Shown here in pieces: positions 60,311-64,000 of a stretch of DNA of 64,000 nucleotides. Numbering within the stretch: the stretch's first letter is position 1; each line of letters starts with the position of its first letter. The notes under the pieces were generated by a model that saw only the letters and a program-made list of their open reading frames with translations, was not told the origin of the DNA and did not search any database. Source of the DNA: Asterias rubens (lineage: Eukaryota). The DNA lies in NCBI RefSeq assembly GCF_902459465.1, contig NC_047062.1:16120001-16184000 (forward strand), written 5' to 3'. The position numbers were made by a program, and so were the translations under genes.

Positions 60311-61920
60311 CCTAGATTAAAATATGTTCTGCAAAATCAAATGTAAAACAAAATATTTATATGTATAGATATTTAATTAGGTTACAGAGTGAAATAACAA
60401 ATAGAAGCTTTATTTTCACTTATTTATATGTAAAAATTGAGTTTTGGATAGAGAGTTCATGCGACCATCCCTTCTAAAAATAATAAATAGTCGTGCCTTA
60501 TCAATAAATGTGTCAACGACAAACCATGGACAAACTAACCAGCAAAAGCAAGGAAACGAACGAACTGTAACAGGAATATTACAACAATTTTGTGAAAAGG
60601 GAATGAAATGGTGATACACAAACAATAACGGATGAGTTTTTAAATAGTTCATACCATTTTACACTTGTCTTAAAACAATAAACAGATTACCTTTGCCTTT
60701 TTAACAACACCATTGTGCATTCTCGCAGTGTTGACTCTAAAAAGGGTGAAACTTGATTTGACACGTAAATGGTTTTAAGGAAGGGGGGTAAAAAGTGGTC
60801 TATTATTATGATTTGCTGTCAAAAAATAGGTTGTTTTCGAAAAGAACCTAGTGTGAGATTGTTTTTATTTGCTGATGGACAAACAATGTGTTTAAATTAA
60901 TACATACATTTATTTTAATACAAAAATAACTCCCTCGTGTTTTAATCGGAAATACACAAAAAAAGTAACCCCTCGTGAACTATGGTGTGTCCCCAGAGTG
61001 GATAAAAATAGAATACAACGTGAACAAATGCGAGCGTGTGACGCGTCTGGTCGTCGCGTGGTGGCGCCCGACTGCACTCTGCAAAAACACGACGACGAGA
61101 ACAAAAAGTGTGTTCAGAAAATAAATAAATATGTGAGCAGACTGGATGTGGGAGAGGAAAATGTCACAGCATTTATAAAACGTTAGATGGTTTTGTCAGC
61201 TGATGAGAGGTAGGTTGACGAATTGTCTTAGACAGCTTCAATGTCATGGTCACATATTACTCATCTGTGGTGCTATCTTTAGAGGACCTCAGTGTTCTGT
61301 GGAAACTTGGTAAGATTTTTGCTTGCCTTGGTTGGGCTTAGGGGTTAGTTGGGGTTTTTGGTTTCATACCAATTGTAATTTGTATCGAGTGAACACTTCG
61401 ATTGTACAGGAGGTCTTCTCTCCATCCTCCATGCTTGCAGTTGGACTGTCTTTTTATATTCTCTAGCAGGGTCATTCCTGACAGCGGACGCAAACGAGAA
61501 ACGACACTCACGAGCTCACGAGTCAGAATATTGGGGGGGGGGGGCGTTGCTGAATACCCTTTTTTACTTTCATTTCACAAAGTCAAAGAGATGCTTTATT
61601 TATTTATTATTTAATTTCCATTGTAGCTAGATTTATAAAATGTATCTGATGCTTTTGGTTGAGCTAGCTGGGCCATGGGACCTGGGAAACCGGTCCTAAA
61701 AAAAAATAATAAAGACTACTAAGTAAGAGCATTCCGTGGTACGAAAAAGAGAGGCAAACAAAAATGCTAGCTAACAATCATTATTACCAAGGTGTCTGGT
61801 TCAGTTATGTTCGTGATTCTAAATACTCAATACTCATTTGTTTGTCGTCTACACATAAGTCCTCATAGTCATAGTCATTTTATGACATCCATTTCACAGC
61901 TAGATATGTGTGACTCATTC

Positions 61921-61984
61921 TAGTTGCGATAACGTAACCCTCCTCCCGACGGCCGCCAGGAGGAGGGTTACGTTATCGCAACTA
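61921..61984. mobile_element. 64-bp hairpin element with perfect 26-bp TIRs and 9-bp TSD (Mutator-like, inferred)
   Basis: GACTCATTC|TAGTTGCGATAACGTAACCCTCCTCC-12 nt-GGAGGAGGGTTACGTTATCGCAACTA|GACTCATTC. Confidence 0.88.
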
Positions 61985-62205
61985 GACTCATTCATGACGA
62001 TTCACATTGATTCAAAATTAAGAATGCATGATTTTAAAACCAAACAATATTTATCTGAGCATCCTGTAGGTGCAACAATCGTAATATTTTATTTAATTTA
62101 TAAATGAATTCATTTTTTAATTATCATAAAATAATCAAATCATAGCAAATTAATTTTAAGGCTTGACTAGTGGTTGGCCCTATAGTGAAACAGCTACAGT
62201 AATTA

Positions 62206-62244
62206 TAGTTGCGATTCTTCGGGAGGACTACGTTATCGCAACTA
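62206..62244. mobile_element. 39-bp derivative of the same element with its own 9-bp TSD
   Basis: CAGTAATTA|TAGTTGCGAT..GTTATCGCAACTA|CAGTAATTG (TSD 8/9). Confidence 0.78.
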
Positions 62245-62631
62245 CAGTAATTGCTAAGTCTAATGGCCGCCGGATACTGTGTGAGGAATATAATTTGATA
62301 TTATTATAGCTGCAGATCTTTTTGGCCTTGCCTCATCAGGACTCGCATTCCAGTCCTAGTTAATATGGCTCTTGTAATAATGAAATTATGTATGATTTTA
62401 TGTGGCTCAGTGGGAGGCATGTGACAAATGTTGTATTGATTAGGCCATGAAATGTTTCTTTCAAAAAAATGCTTGCTTGTGATTTGTATACACAAGGTAC
62501 AGAGAAGAAAGTACTATAATGAGAGAGTCTACTCAGGAACTGAAGGGTGTACAAATTTACTAGATCAAATTGTATGGAACTACAAATAGAAATTGTTATC
62601 GGAAACAGAGAAATGAGCCAACTACTTTTAA

Positions 62632-62985
62632 AGACACTTGACACTATTGGTAATTGTCAAAGACTAGTCTTCACAGTTGGTGCAAATTTGAGCTCAATGG
62701 GTCGTCGAAGTTGCAAGATATTAATGAAAGAAAAAACACCTTTGTCGCACCATGGTCACACGAAGTTGTGTGCTTTCAGATGCTTGATTTCGAGACCTCA
62801 TATTCTAAATCTGAGGTCTCGAAATCAAATTCTGGGAAAATTACTTCTTTCTCGAAAACTATGTCACTTCAGAGGGAGGTGTTTCTCACAATGTTTTATA
62901 CCATCAACCTCTCCCCATTACTCTTTATCAAGAAAGGTTTTATGAGAATAATCTTTTGAGTAATTACCAATAGTGTCCACTGCCT
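62632..62985. mobile_element. Kolobok-type MITE (subfamily A)
   Basis: TTAA|AGACACTTGACAC ... GTGTCCACTGCCT|GTAA. Confidence 0.88.
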
Positions 62986-63375
62986 GTAAGTTTAAGACAG
63001 CAACAGTTTGCCTCCCTCTTCTTGAGTAAAGCCAAGAATATTTGGAAGATGGATTATTGCCCAATGGTCCCCTAACACATTATCCTTCTTCTTATTTGAG
63101 TTATAAATTGTATTTTTTTTTCTCGCCAGTATTTTGACCTTACTGGTACAATAAAGGAAGGTTAATGCTGTAATTCAGCATGCCTGTTGACAGTTTCATC
63201 AATAACTACCATAGTGAGTAGATAATTTGCACACTATTAAATTCAGATGATATCATTTTGAAAGGGAAGCAATCACATTTAAAGGTGTCTGTGTATGCAT
63301 GTGTCCATGCAGTCCTTTTCTATGGTGGCTCCAGCTATTGTGTGGTCCAGTCTAGACACGTGTATACACTCAAAT

Positions 63376-63837
63376 CTAAAGAGTCTGAGCGTGGTTCTTA
63401 GTGGAGAAATACTTAGCAGGATCACACCCCAATCTGGCCACTGATTCTCTGAATAAACCAGGACCATTCAAATAAGGTTTGTTGGCGTGAAAAAATAGGA
63501 AGAATTGTAAATATTTGGTGAGAGAATTAAAATTCCACAGAGCAAGGTCAAACGACTTGGTAAATTTATAATTTTGGGTTGCTCAAAGAAAAAATTGACA
63601 GCAACCTCCAGACTTAAATTATATGCCATTGCTCTGCCATTTAGGCGCTATCTAGCCCTATGATGGTGGTCTCCATTATATTTTGTCCATATTGTTTGGG
63701 GCTGCCAGGCAGAAGCCATTTAACCTTTTAACTGATGAATGATCAGGGACCACACCCAAGTTTGTTGTATGACCTAGGAAGCAGCAGAAGAGAAATCACC
63801 TTATCAAGGGGATGCGACTTTCCCTGGTGGTGTACTT
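63376..63837 (-). CDS. Probable last two coding exons of an unidentified gene continuing beyond the window
   Basis: Exon ~63837(or 63834)-63800 ending ATA AG|GTGATT joins in phase 2 to TTATTCAG|63448-63376, giving (K)YTTRESRIPLIRESVARLGCDPAKYFSTKNHAQTL*. Protein not recognised; the upstream acceptor is an AAG. Confidence 0.45.
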
Positions 63838-64000
63838 CTTGATGTTTAAAATGAAATGAACCGGGAATATGTTGATGATTGGCCGTTACATAACAACTTT
63901 CCAACCGATTTTGCATTAGAAACACAATCAGTTAAAACAAATACCAGCTATTAACATTTGGAAATGGTTTGTTTCATCCTGAAGCGAACTGGTTGATGAT

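Noticed and set aside
61063-61075. tRNA-Lys primer-binding-site-like TGGCGCCCGA
   Set aside because: Only 10 nt match, with no LTR end (CA) upstream and no gag/pol nearby.
62310-62350. Hammerhead-like CTGATGAGGC..GCCAAAA on the minus strand
   Set aside because: G12 is missing, helix I does not pair, and the core is sequestered in a competing AGGACT/AGTCCT hairpin.
62547-62959. Recurring ORFs such as ..CFQMLDFETSNSKSEVSKSNS.. (also 4954, 9353, 11573, 12649, 51045-51529)
   Set aside because: Chance open frames in the non-coding Kolobok MITE; no transposase motifs, and frames vary between copies.

Overview
AT-rich, intron-rich, repeat-dense animal genomic DNA. An invertebrate deuterostome (echinoderm/sea-star-like) origin is inferred from gene content and repeat style, not checked. 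Five genes could be assembled by hand with consistent splice phases: C6orf120/UPF0669 (-, single coding exon), a 400-aa nicotinic acetylcholine receptor alpha-type subunit (+, 6 exons), a TMEM196-like tetraspan protein (-), a ~1087-aa inversin-like ankyrin-repeat protein (+, 16 exons) and PCMT1/PIMT (-, 7 exons plus a probable alternative terminal exon). The last two exons of an unidentified minus-strand gene probably enter from the right edge. Non-coding DNA holds about 16 TTAA-flanked Kolobok-type MITE copies (~5.5 kb), several Harbinger-like and other MITEs, tRNA-derived SINEs and an L2-type LINE fragment. The least expected signals are: four minimal type-I hammerhead-ribozyme-like motifs (two loci arranged as inverted dimers, suggesting Penelope-like retroelement termini); 64-bp and 39-bp hairpin elements with 9-bp target-site duplications; a PIMT alternative C-terminus carrying KRKK; and an nAChR with almost no M3-M4 loop and no loop-A tyrosine. 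All exon models and structures were read manually; no searches or folding programs were run.
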